From Luteitalea sp. (GTDB lineage Bacteria; Acidobacteriota; Vicinamibacteria; Vicinamibacterales; CAVVIG01), in assembly GCA_009380045.1 (NCBI GenBank), contig WHSN01000006.1, positions 1-59,350 of the forward strand: 59,350 bases of DNA, read 5' to 3'. Both the position numbers and the translations under genes were made by a program. This document shows positions 46,601 through 54,853 of this stretch, in pieces; within the stretch, counting starts at the first letter, position 1; the number at the start of each line of letters is the position of its first letter. The notes under the pieces are model-generated. The model did not search any database and was not told the DNA's origin. It worked only from the letters and a program-made list of their open reading frames with translations.

Positions 46601-46696
46601 CTCGGGCTCAACACGACATTTGGCGCGAACTGGCTGGTGCCCCAGCAGATCCTGAATGGCCGATTGCTCCAATTCAGCGCCGGCCTCACGTTCTGA
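43676..46696 (+). CDS. TonB-dependent receptor with carboxypeptidase-regulatory-like N-domain
   Basis: ISGVVRDSSGGALPGVTVEASSPALIEKVR, FAQDQW and WKDLNPRLG motifs; C-terminal LTF; paralogue of 15399-18491. Confidence 0.92.
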   Translation: MTKTRASVIGAMVGLLCTTSAPVWAQASGISGVVRDSSGGALPGVTVEASSPALIEKVRTVVTDGDGRYTIDALGLGTYAVSFSLPGFRTLRREGVTLTTGFTATVNADLEVGGLEETITVSGAAPLVDVQNARQQRVMSATLLSTLPTGQTSIVSLITLTPGMTGNATVGGSTGAYHSGQTKGTFHGKRGSKIKFDGMRIDNYAGAGDSPGYLYNVQTIEETVIETGGSGADSDTPNVSMNLIPKEGSNSFRGTANGLFTNHSLQSDNLTTDLIARGLQSVPEVDRMYDAGFTLGGPIKQDKVWFYAAIRRWGTRNQAANLFWNATQGTPFYTPDLNRPAFRDEKYSSHALRITTQLSPRNKLQVFADIKNDCICETGGAGSALGSGATNSREGVATWNLWPNGIVQGTWTNTVTSKLLLDAGASVVMFHWPGDLPAGVSPNDVSILEQSTNFIYNSPGGFYNPDRRLGDRYAERFGASYVTGSHVFKAGVTIDHGYSDTINIGTGLSVAPGISYIFNRGLPVSVRYDALPRHETYYQRAEMGVFAQDQWRYKRLTLNVGARFEYYKGYIPPVDREAGPFVPAAHFDETVNAPLWKDLNPRLGAAYDLSGDGRTAIKTSFGRYVSMTGNTAVSVYHPLNRTVNNTTRPWNDTNGNFFPDCVLTDFAVNGECGGLVNTNFGQVNPNAIVYADDVRNGWFRRPYTWDFGSEIQHQLSSQLSVTAGYYHNSDGGFAVTDNVSTTPGDYSTFTITAPRDPRLPGGGGYPVTGTDVNPNKFGIVNNVITQSSNFGKRTRVNDFVGLTIDLRMGNGIRVGGGVDAGRTADDACFDIDAAMTPTLLTGTNTLVATPSTRSVVNGQNLCRNVEGLSDTAQIKLNGSYPLPAGFVVAATFQNLPGIPWLATYNATTAEVAPSLGRPLSGGVRTTPVALLAPNQMREPRRTQIDLRLAKDVRVGGARRLTMNFDLYNLLNASTVLGLNTTFGANWLVPQQILNGRLLQFSAGLTF

Positions 46697-46795
46697 TCGC
46701 GCAAGGCGGTCGTGACGGGGAACGTGCGGGTGAACTCGACCCTTCGCATCACCGAGCCGCGCGAGTAAACGCCGCGCGCGAGTGGCACGCGCGCG

Positions 46796-48445
46796 TCACG
46801 GCAATTCTGATTTTCTCCATGGTGTCCGGCACGGCATCTGGCGCTCGTACAGCCTGAGATTCTCGGTCATGCCGTTCGCTAGATCACCTCGCCCGGCTCG
46901 TGTCGCGGCAGAGACAGCTTCACGCTGCCATGTCGCGGCTTCGCTGTACTGACCCAGCTCGGCGAAGATCATCGCCATTGTCTCGCCCAGGTCCATGCGA
47001 CGCTCCGCGTCGGACAGTGTCTGCATCACCGCCATCGCCCTGCGGCCATCGCGTACACGGCCGTCGGGAGATGCCGCCAGCAGCCTGGCGAGTGCGTGGC
47101 TGAGCCCCGGTTGATCGCCATGAACCTTCAACCCGTCGATCAGCCGGTCCGTAGCTTCCCGGTAGCGCCGGAGGCCGACGAGGGTCATCGCATGTCCGAA
47201 GGTTGCTTCGATGACGGGCGGCGTACTCCTGGAAAGGAGCTCGTAGTGAGAGAGCGACTGCTGGAACTGTCCGTCGCGGCGCAGGAGAGCGGCGAGTTTG
47301 AGACGCGCCTCGACGTAGCCCGGTTCGTGTTTCACGGCGGCGGCGAAGTCGCCAATGGCGTCCCGGTCACGACCACCCGCCGCCTTGAGTACGCCCAGGC
47401 TGTAGTGCGCCCTGGCGTACTCCGGGGCAACCCTCACGGCTTCCGTGAACTGCTCTATCGCTCCCGGTGTATCCCCGAGCTGAAACAGCGCGGTTCCCAG
47501 CCGCTGCCGCATCTCGGCGCTGCGGGGTGCCAAGGCGATCCCTTGACGGAAGTTCTCCGCCGCCGTTTTCCAATCTTCCCGGTCAAGCGCCCGGATCCCG
47601 CGAACATCGTAGGCCTCGGGGCTTTGGAGTAGCTCATCCAGTTCCTGCATCAATGGATCGACAACCGGAAGATCGACGTCGCCTCGCCGACGCAGCTCGA
47701 GATGCGCCTGGGCCTTCGCGTGATCGCCGATGGCGCGGTAGGCCATCGCCAGCGGATAGTGCGCGATCACCGCCTTCCGGTCCAACGCCAGGGCCGCCTC
47801 CAGGTGCCGCACGGCGCCGGCGTAGTCCTTCTTCGCGAGGGCGACGCGTCCCAGGTCGAAGCGCGCCGCCACCGAGTCCGGCTGAAGCGTCAACGCCTTC
47901 GCGAGCAGCGGCTCGGCGGCCTCCGCCAGCCCCTGAGCCAAATACACGTCCCCGAGCCAGACCACCGTCGGCACGTCGTCTGCTTTCAGCCGGAGAGCCT
48001 GTTCGAAGTACTCGGCGGACTTTGGCAAGGCGCCCTTGGTCCTGTACAAATGCGCGAGATAGTACGGCCAGCGCATGTCGCCTGGCGCGAGCATCTGTGC
48101 GTTGAGGTAACAGGTTTCAGCCGCGTCATTGAAGCGCGCCGCCATGAGCAACTTTCCCAATTCGCCATAGGCATCGCCGAGCTCAATCGGGGAAACGGCC
48201 GGGTTCTCGCGCGCCGACGTCATCGTGGCGTAGCGCCCTCGTATCGACGCGGCGAGGGCGGCGGTCGACTGCGAGAGATCGGGCAGCGAGACGGTCTGCG
48301 GTGTGTTGACGCCCGGATTCCGGACCAAGGGCCCAGTGCGAGCTGTCGCAGAGGTCGAGTCGTCGGCGGGCGCGCACGCGATGGCCAGGACCGCCAGTGC
48401 CCACGCCGGCGCGGCCAGCCCGAGACGACTCGTGAGCGGTCTCAC
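46796..48445 (-). CDS. TPR lipoprotein
   Basis: GTG start overlapping the upstream stop (GTGA), lipobox LAIAC, and many TPRs. Confidence 0.85.
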   Translation of the reverse strand: MRPLTSRLGLAAPAWALAVLAIACAPADDSTSATARTGPLVRNPGVNTPQTVSLPDLSQSTAALAASIRGRYATMTSARENPAVSPIELGDAYGELGKLLMAARFNDAAETCYLNAQMLAPGDMRWPYYLAHLYRTKGALPKSAEYFEQALRLKADDVPTVVWLGDVYLAQGLAEAAEPLLAKALTLQPDSVAARFDLGRVALAKKDYAGAVRHLEAALALDRKAVIAHYPLAMAYRAIGDHAKAQAHLELRRRGDVDLPVVDPLMQELDELLQSPEAYDVRGIRALDREDWKTAAENFRQGIALAPRSAEMRQRLGTALFQLGDTPGAIEQFTEAVRVAPEYARAHYSLGVLKAAGGRDRDAIGDFAAAVKHEPGYVEARLKLAALLRRDGQFQQSLSHYELLSRSTPPVIEATFGHAMTLVGLRRYREATDRLIDGLKVHGDQPGLSHALARLLAASPDGRVRDGRRAMAVMQTLSDAERRMDLGETMAMIFAELGQYSEAATWQREAVSAATRAGRGDLANGMTENLRLYERQMPCRTPWRKSELP

Positions 48446-50214
48446 CGGCCGCTGCCTTCCTTCAGGGTTGTATATCGATCGATAGCCACCTCGAGCCATT
48501 CCTCGGTGCGGCCACTCGGCCATCGGATCTGAACTCGTGGATCGTTCGCCGAATTGCCCAGTCCTACGACCACCCGCGAATCATGCGCCGAGGCGTAGCT
48601 ACCGTCGGTCCTCACTCTCCGGTGAAACGTCGAGCCGTCGGCTCGAAACACCGTCACTCGCGCGCCCAGCATGTCGCGGGACGCGTTGGCTCCGACGAGC
48701 CGCACGCCCAGCCAGTGGTTACGGCTACCGATCTGATTGATGAGCAATCGTGTCGGCCCGGCGTCGTTGCTCACGAGCACGTCCACGTCGCCGTCGTTAT
48801 CGACGTCGCCAAACGCCGCTCCCCGACCGACCTCTGAAAGCTCGAATGTCGCGCCGGCCCGGTCGGTGACTTCCTCGAACCGGCCGTTGCGGAGGTTGCG
48901 AAATAACTGTCTTCGCTGGCCGAGGGGAAAGGGAAGATTCGCCTGACCTTCGGGGGCCTGCACCAGCCCGCTGACCGACAGGACATCCAGCCAGCTGTCG
49001 TTGTCGAAGTCGATCCACGCGGTTCCAAAGCCGGTGTTCTCGCGGCTGAGCGCATTGATGCCTGAACGCGCACTTTGATCCTCGAATGCGGCTGAGCCGT
49101 TGTTGATGAAAAGATTCGAACCCTCGCCGGTGAGTGTGGTCACGAGCAGATCGTCATCCCCATCGTTGTCGAAATCCCCGGCGTCGACGCCCATGCTCGC
49201 TTCCGCCTGCCCCTCCGCAGTCAACGCCACGCCAGACACCAGCGCCGTGTCCTTGAAGGTACCGTTGCGCTGATTCATCCATAGTTGATTCTCTTCCCCG
49301 TCGTTGGCGACGTAGAGGTCGATCCATCCGTCGTTGTCGAAGTCGGCGGCGATGACGCCGAGCGTACGTGTCGGCCGCCTGCCGCCGAGCGCAGCCTCGG
49401 TGACGTCGGTGAATGTGCCATCTTGTTGGTTCCGATACAGCCGGCCCGGCTGGCCTTCATAGACCCTCGGCGGGCAATAGCTCCGTTCGCCCGCGACATT
49501 CGTGCACCGCCGGTCCTTCTCGAGGCTGTATTCCACATAGTGCCCGACGTAGAGGTCGAGCCATTCATCGCGGTCGTAGTCCAGAAACGAAGCGGAAACG
49601 CTCCATCCCTGGTCCTCTGTTCCGGTCGCTTTCGAGACATCGGTGAAGGTGCCATCACCGTTGTTGCGCCACAACTGATTTCTGTTGAGACCAGTAAGAT
49701 AGAGATCGATCCACGAGTCGTTGTTGAAGTCCCCGACTGCCACCCCCATGCCGTAGTCGGAGGCCGTGATACCGCTCGGTTCCGTGACATCGGTAAAGCG
49801 GAACGTCCGCGTGCCGTCAGCCGCCACCGCGAGGTCATTGCGGTACAGCCGGCCTCTTGGTGGCAGCGAAGCTTGCCGCGGTGGCGGAACGTGGTCGCCA
49901 ATCCCTCGTCCGAGCAGCTGCCCCTGGACGAGGTAGACATCCAAGTCGTCGTCGTTGTCGTAGTCCACCAGGGCGGCGCCAGGCGCCATCACCTCGGGAA
50001 AATAGAACTTCCCCGACATGCCGTTGTCATGCGTGAAGTCAAGGCCGACCTCTTTCGCCCGATCGACGAACCATTCGTCTTCGCTGATGGCATTCGGCGA
50101 CGGGTGACCGCCGGCCATTGCGGCGGGTGGGGTCCTTCGTCCGGTGTTGTCCGCTCCGCAGGAGACGAGAACCGCCGCGGCTAGCAGCGCAGCGGCTGAT
50201 CTAGTCCTCACCAT
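48442..50214 (-). CDS. CRTAC1-family FG-GAP/ASPIC-UnbV lipoprotein
   Basis: Lipobox LVSC, DYDNDDDLD / DFDNDG repeats, ASMGVDAGD, and YASAHD...VVGLG...IRWPSG. Confidence 0.9.
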   Translation of the reverse strand: MVRTRSAAALLAAAVLVSCGADNTGRRTPPAAMAGGHPSPNAISEDEWFVDRAKEVGLDFTHDNGMSGKFYFPEVMAPGAALVDYDNDDDLDVYLVQGQLLGRGIGDHVPPPRQASLPPRGRLYRNDLAVAADGTRTFRFTDVTEPSGITASDYGMGVAVGDFNNDSWIDLYLTGLNRNQLWRNNGDGTFTDVSKATGTEDQGWSVSASFLDYDRDEWLDLYVGHYVEYSLEKDRRCTNVAGERSYCPPRVYEGQPGRLYRNQQDGTFTDVTEAALGGRRPTRTLGVIAADFDNDGWIDLYVANDGEENQLWMNQRNGTFKDTALVSGVALTAEGQAEASMGVDAGDFDNDGDDDLLVTTLTGEGSNLFINNGSAAFEDQSARSGINALSRENTGFGTAWIDFDNDSWLDVLSVSGLVQAPEGQANLPFPLGQRRQLFRNLRNGRFEEVTDRAGATFELSEVGRGAAFGDVDNDGDVDVLVSNDAGPTRLLINQIGSRNHWLGVRLVGANASRDMLGARVTVFRADGSTFHRRVRTDGSYASAHDSRVVVGLGNSANDPRVQIRWPSGRTEEWLEVAIDRYTTLKEGSGR

Positions 50215-50530
50215 GCAGATCCCAGGTGTCTTGTGTGGCGGCCATGGTGGCGATCACAAGATTTGCGAGCCCCGCGAGCCGCAACGTCCCGGGCGCGAAA
50301 ACCAACTCGGGGATGGCCGCGTTGCAGCTTCGTCCAGAGCCAAGTCCATGACCGATCGTCAATTTCAAGCTCGACCAGACGCGCCGAAGGTGCCAAACCT
50401 CACGCGTAGCGACCGCCGAACCTCGGCAAATTGTCGGCGCTCTCGTACAAAGTGGAGTGTCACGGCTCCCCTAGACGGGCCCACGGGGCGGATGCCAGGG
50501 TACGCCGCCAGGGCACCGCCCTGTCGTACT

Positions 50531-50962
50531 CTACTGAGGTCGCTTCTCATCCGGGGCCCCAGTGCCCGACGAACCCAGGAAGAGGGTCGTGCCGTCGGGA
50601 AGGGTGAGGTCGCGCCCATTGGCCCGCAGCGAACCGTCCTTCGCGCGATACCCGTCTACCACGATCACCGTGCCTGGCAACAGCGCCTGCTTGGTGAACC
50701 CCCGGCGGAACAGCACATTCGGCGTGCCGGCCTCGATCGCCCATTTCTCCACCTTGCCGTCAGCCGTCGGCACGTCGATGTAGATCCAGCAGTGAGGATT
50801 CACCCAGTCCATCCTGGTGACGGTGGCTTTCTCGAATTTCACCGGTTTGGCTGCGTCAAATTCCGCGGCAAAAGCGTGATGCGCCGACAGGGGCCGTGCG
50901 AATTCTCCAAACAGCCCTATGCCGACAACCACGGCCGCACCGAGAGCAAACTTTTGGACCAT
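50531..50962 (-). CDS. DUF6152-like exported OB-fold protein
   Basis: Signal peptide ending LSA|HHAFAAEFD; WVNPH, WAIEAGTP and GYRAKDG motifs. Confidence 0.85.
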   Translation of the reverse strand: MVQKFALGAAVVVGIGLFGEFARPLSAHHAFAAEFDAAKPVKFEKATVTRMDWVNPHCWIYIDVPTADGKVEKWAIEAGTPNVLFRRGFTKQALLPGTVIVVDGYRAKDGSLRANGRDLTLPDGTTLFLGSSGTGAPDEKRPQ

Positions 50963-51214
50963 TTTGAAACCACCTTTTCCTGTTGAGCAGGCTATTTGGT
51001 TCGACTCGACGAGAGTCTACACCTCGAAGTCCTCGCGTCGTGAGTTTTCAGCGCTCCTCACCCTGCGGCAGCCAACCGGAGACGTCACGTCGCCAGGGTC
51101 TCGGCAATCGGGCCGAACTGTCGTGATTGATACATCGACAACCCGGATTGAACGAAATCGGCTCGGCGATGGTCAGCCGCTCAGCTATCGTTGCTTTGCC
51201 CGATCAGCTTCGGA

Positions 51215-53755
51215 CTATTCCGCTCGCAACGTCGCGAGAGGCTTGTGTCGGATGACTCCCAGGCTCGCCAACACGCCGATAGCGGACACCAGAACGGTGG
51301 TGGCGCCGATCCCGTTGACGGTAATCAGCGGGCTCGCTTCCCAGCTCAGATCCAGCACGTAGCGGGCCGCGGCCCAGCCGAACGCCGCGGCGCCGAAAGC
51401 GCCGATCGTACCGGCCATCGCCCCAAGCACGCCGTACTCCAGCACCAGCATCGCGGCAATCAGCCGGCTGGTCGCACCCAGGGTCTTCAAGATCGCCGCC
51501 TCGTACACACGCCGGAACTTGGTCATCGAAATAGCGCCGACGAGAATCAGGCTGCCGCTGAGGAGCACCAGGAGGCCGATCGCCCGGACGGCCGGCGTGA
51601 CCGTGTTGACGACCCCTTGAATCGCGTCGAGGACCTCCCTGAGATCGATGACGGACAGGTTTGGATACCTGGTGACAATCGACCCGTGCATCCGCGCTCG
51701 CGCGACGATATCTGTCGGTCCCTTGAGCGAGGCGATGAACGAGTGCGGGGCGTTGTCGAAGGGGCCTGGCCTGAAGACAATCACGAACCCGCCGGCACGG
51801 AAGTCGCGGAAGTCCACCTCGCGGAAGCTGGTCACGCGAGCCGCGACGATGCGCCCGAGCACGTCGAACCGCATCTCGTCCCCGAGCTGGATGTCGAAAC
51901 GCCTTTGCAAGCTCTCCTCAATCGAGACTTCGGCCTGGCCCTCCTGAGATGGGCCATCCCACCATTCCCCCGCCACCAGCCGCTCGTTCGCTTCCAGGTT
52001 CGGCCGGTAGGTAATGGTGAACTCCCGTGACAACCCGCCACGCCCGCGGACTTCCCCGTAGCTTTCGAGGCCGACATCGCGCCCGCGCAGTCCGACAATC
52101 CGTGCGCGTAGAACGGGTATGTACCTGAGGGCGCTTCGGCTTCCCGATTCGCGATCCAGCAGGTCATTCAGACCCGACTGCTGGTGCCTCTGGACGTCGA
52201 GGAGCAAGATGTCCGGCGTGTCCTCCCCGAGCTGAACCGAGAAGTCCCGAAGCAGGTTCACCTGAATGCCCTGAACCGTCAGGATGAAAAACGAGCCAAG
52301 TCCCACCGCCAGGAGGATGACACGCGTTTGATTGCCGGGACGCGTGACGTGCAGCACCGCGTGACGCAGGGCGAACGAGGACGAGTGCCGCAGCGGCCGC
52401 ACGGCTCGGACGAGCGCGACGCCTGTCAGGTCGAGCACAAGTGCAACAGCGACGAACCCGCCGGTCAGGAGCAGCCCGGCGTCGATGGATCCGGCCTGCC
52501 AGGAGGCAACACCCACCAGAGCGGCCGCCACCAGGGCTGTCACAACCCACTTGTTCCAGTCGAACCGACGATGCGGCGGGGTGTCCTGCCGCAGGAGCAA
52601 CGCAGGCTTGATCTGGCGCACCTCGAGCAAGGGTACCAGCGAGAACAACAGCGACACCAGCAGCCCGACGGCCACACCCTGTGCGACCGCCCCCCTGGTC
52701 AGACCGATGTCCACCTGAAGCAGCACCGTAGCCACGCCACTCAGGAGCAACGGGAGAGCCGAGATGACTGCCGCGGCGAGCGCCACGCCGAGCGCGCTGC
52801 CGGCAAGCCCGAGCAACAGCACCTGCGTCAGATAGATCGCCAGGACCTGGCGAGAGGTGCAGCCGACGCACTTGAGGATGGCGATGCTCCGGATCTTCTG
52901 CTGGACGAACACTCGGGTGACACTGGACACGCCGATGCCGCCGAGAAGGAGCACGACCAGACCGACGAGACTCAAATAGTTTTCGGTTCGTATCAGGTTC
53001 TCGGCCATCCGATCCTGCCGCCGCCGATATGATCGGATGCCCACGTATTCGTTGACGAAGGCGGCTTCGAGATCGGCGGTGAGCGGGCCGAGCGCCGCGT
53101 CGGGAACCTTGAGGAGCATCTCGTAATCGATGTCGCTGCCGAACGCCAGGAGCCCGGTGGATGGCAGATCGGCATGATCGATGAACACGCGCGGGCCCAG
53201 CGTGAACACTCCGAGGCTTCGGCCCGGTTCGCTGGCAATGACGCCGCGCAGCTCGAACGACCGGGCGCCAATCAAGATGTGGTCGCCGACTTCTACGTCC
53301 AGATGGGCCAGCAGCTCCGGCCGGACCAGTGCTCCGCCGTTGCGGAGCAGTGCGTGTGAATAGGTCCCCTCCGAGAGCGTCAGCGTGCCGTGGAAGGGAA
53401 ACCCCTCCTGCACGGCCCGCAGCTCAATCATCTTGGTTACGGGCGTGGCCGCGTCCGCGGTCCTGACCATCGTGTCGATCTCGATGGCCTCCGATTGCGC
53501 CGTGATTCGGCCGGCGCGCTGCTCGCGTGCAAGCATTTCGTGGACCGCCGGGGTAAAAGGGCTGTTCGACCGGACCATCATGTCGGCGGCCAACAGGGCG
53601 CGCGCCTCGCTCGTGAGCACCATCCCGACACTCTGAATGACGGAGCGGATGGCGACGATCGACGCGACGCCGACGGCGATGCAGGCAAAGAAGAACAGGA
53701 GGCGCTGCCACGACGCGCGCACCTCTCGCAACGCCATACGGACGATGAACCTCAT
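51215..53755 (-). CDS. FtsX-like ABC transporter permease (YbbP-like)
   Basis: CIAVGVASIVAI, LLLGGIGV...IAILKCVG and EAAILKTLGA motifs in a duplicated architecture, 846 aa. Confidence 0.88.
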   Translation of the reverse strand: MRFIVRMALREVRASWQRLLFFFACIAVGVASIVAIRSVIQSVGMVLTSEARALLAADMMVRSNSPFTPAVHEMLAREQRAGRITAQSEAIEIDTMVRTADAATPVTKMIELRAVQEGFPFHGTLTLSEGTYSHALLRNGGALVRPELLAHLDVEVGDHILIGARSFELRGVIASEPGRSLGVFTLGPRVFIDHADLPSTGLLAFGSDIDYEMLLKVPDAALGPLTADLEAAFVNEYVGIRSYRRRQDRMAENLIRTENYLSLVGLVVLLLGGIGVSSVTRVFVQQKIRSIAILKCVGCTSRQVLAIYLTQVLLLGLAGSALGVALAAAVISALPLLLSGVATVLLQVDIGLTRGAVAQGVAVGLLVSLLFSLVPLLEVRQIKPALLLRQDTPPHRRFDWNKWVVTALVAAALVGVASWQAGSIDAGLLLTGGFVAVALVLDLTGVALVRAVRPLRHSSSFALRHAVLHVTRPGNQTRVILLAVGLGSFFILTVQGIQVNLLRDFSVQLGEDTPDILLLDVQRHQQSGLNDLLDRESGSRSALRYIPVLRARIVGLRGRDVGLESYGEVRGRGGLSREFTITYRPNLEANERLVAGEWWDGPSQEGQAEVSIEESLQRRFDIQLGDEMRFDVLGRIVAARVTSFREVDFRDFRAGGFVIVFRPGPFDNAPHSFIASLKGPTDIVARARMHGSIVTRYPNLSVIDLREVLDAIQGVVNTVTPAVRAIGLLVLLSGSLILVGAISMTKFRRVYEAAILKTLGATSRLIAAMLVLEYGVLGAMAGTIGAFGAAAFGWAAARYVLDLSWEASPLITVNGIGATTVLVSAIGVLASLGVIRHKPLATLRAE

Positions 53756-53937
53756 CGATGTGGCTAAGGGTAACCCGCTTTGGTCGGTTCGAGGCGCTCC
53801 GGCGACAAGGCTGGCTGAGTGGGACCTGCCCCTACCGAATCAAAGGACCGATACCAGACGGCTTTGGGCAGGTTCGGCCCAAGCCTGCGGACCAAGGGGA
53901 GCTGAAGCGTCACACCTGGCAGTACCATAGGCTGGGC

Positions 53938-54648
53938 ATGCCGGACACTCCGAACCGACGCGGACCGCACGTGCTCGTGGTCGAGGACGACGCAAAGGTC
54001 GCCGAGAGCGTGCGCCGGCGGCTCACGAAGGAGGGTTACCGCGTCAAGGTAACGAGCTCCGGGGATGAGGGCTGCACGTGGAGCGGCGATGAGGCGTTCG
54101 ATGTCATCGTGCTCGATCTGGTGCTCCCCGGCCGAAGTGGCTTGGAGATCCTCGCAGACATGCGCAGCCGGGGCGTCGCCAGTCCGGTACTCGTTCTGAC
54201 GCCCCTGGACAGCTTGAACGATCGACTGCGCGGGCTCGACGGCGCAGACGACTTTCTGGTGAAGCCGTTCGCCCTGCTGGAACTGGCGGCTCGGGTGCGC
54301 GCCCTCGTCGGTCGCCCGCGTCAACAGCACATTCGCCGTCTTCATGTCGCCGATCTCGAGCTGGACCTGATCACGCGTCACGCCTCGAGAAACGGCCGGA
54401 CCATCGAGTTGGCGCCCCGTGAATTCGAGCTTCTCGCCTACCTCATGAGTCAAGCGGGCAGCCTGGTGTCGCGCGAGATGCTGGGACGTGAGGTCTGGGT
54501 GCAGTTGGAGCGCGGTACGCCCCTCGACAACGTCATCGACGTGCACATCGGACGGTTGCGGCGAAAGGTGGACCACCAATCCGAGATTCCCCTGATCCAG
54601 ACCGTGCGAGGCCTGGGATTCACGGTCTCGAAAGGCTCGATCAAGTAA
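53938..54648 (+). CDS. OmpR/CusR-like response regulator
   Basis: VLVVEDD, VLDLVLPG, ADDFLVKPF, REFELL, NVIDVHIGRLRRKVD and IQTVRGLGF motifs. Confidence 0.88.
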   Translation: MPDTPNRRGPHVLVVEDDAKVAESVRRRLTKEGYRVKVTSSGDEGCTWSGDEAFDVIVLDLVLPGRSGLEILADMRSRGVASPVLVLTPLDSLNDRLRGLDGADDFLVKPFALLELAARVRALVGRPRQQHIRRLHVADLELDLITRHASRNGRTIELAPREFELLAYLMSQAGSLVSREMLGREVWVQLERGTPLDNVIDVHIGRLRRKVDHQSEIPLIQTVRGLGFTVSKGSIK

Positions 54649-54690
54649 CCTTCCTCTCGAGCTCCACTCCAAGCCTGAACGTTTAGACAG

Positions 54691-54748
54691 TTGACCGACC
54701 AAATCGGTCGCCTTTACACTGAACGCGCAAATGAGACCGAGTCTCATT
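54691..54748 (+). promoter_or_regulatory. Sigma70-like promoter with a Fur-box-like palindrome
   Basis: TTGACC (54691) N18 TACACT (54715); AATGAGAC-CGA-GTCTCATT (54730-54748) is a 19-bp inverted repeat with perfect 8-bp arms. Confidence 0.7.
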
Positions 54749-54853
54749 GTCACTTTCAGTCAGACCGCCTCCTGCCATCCGCTTGCGCGTCGGCGTGTCC
54801 CGATTCGCCATCGTACGGACGGCCAGCAGGTGTCGCAACCGAGGAGAGTCGCC

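Noticed and set aside
51140-51210. Possible LuxR HTH remnant on the minus strand (GQSN / IAERLTIAE)
   Set aside because: The match is too short and needs a frameshift; it cannot be supported without a search.
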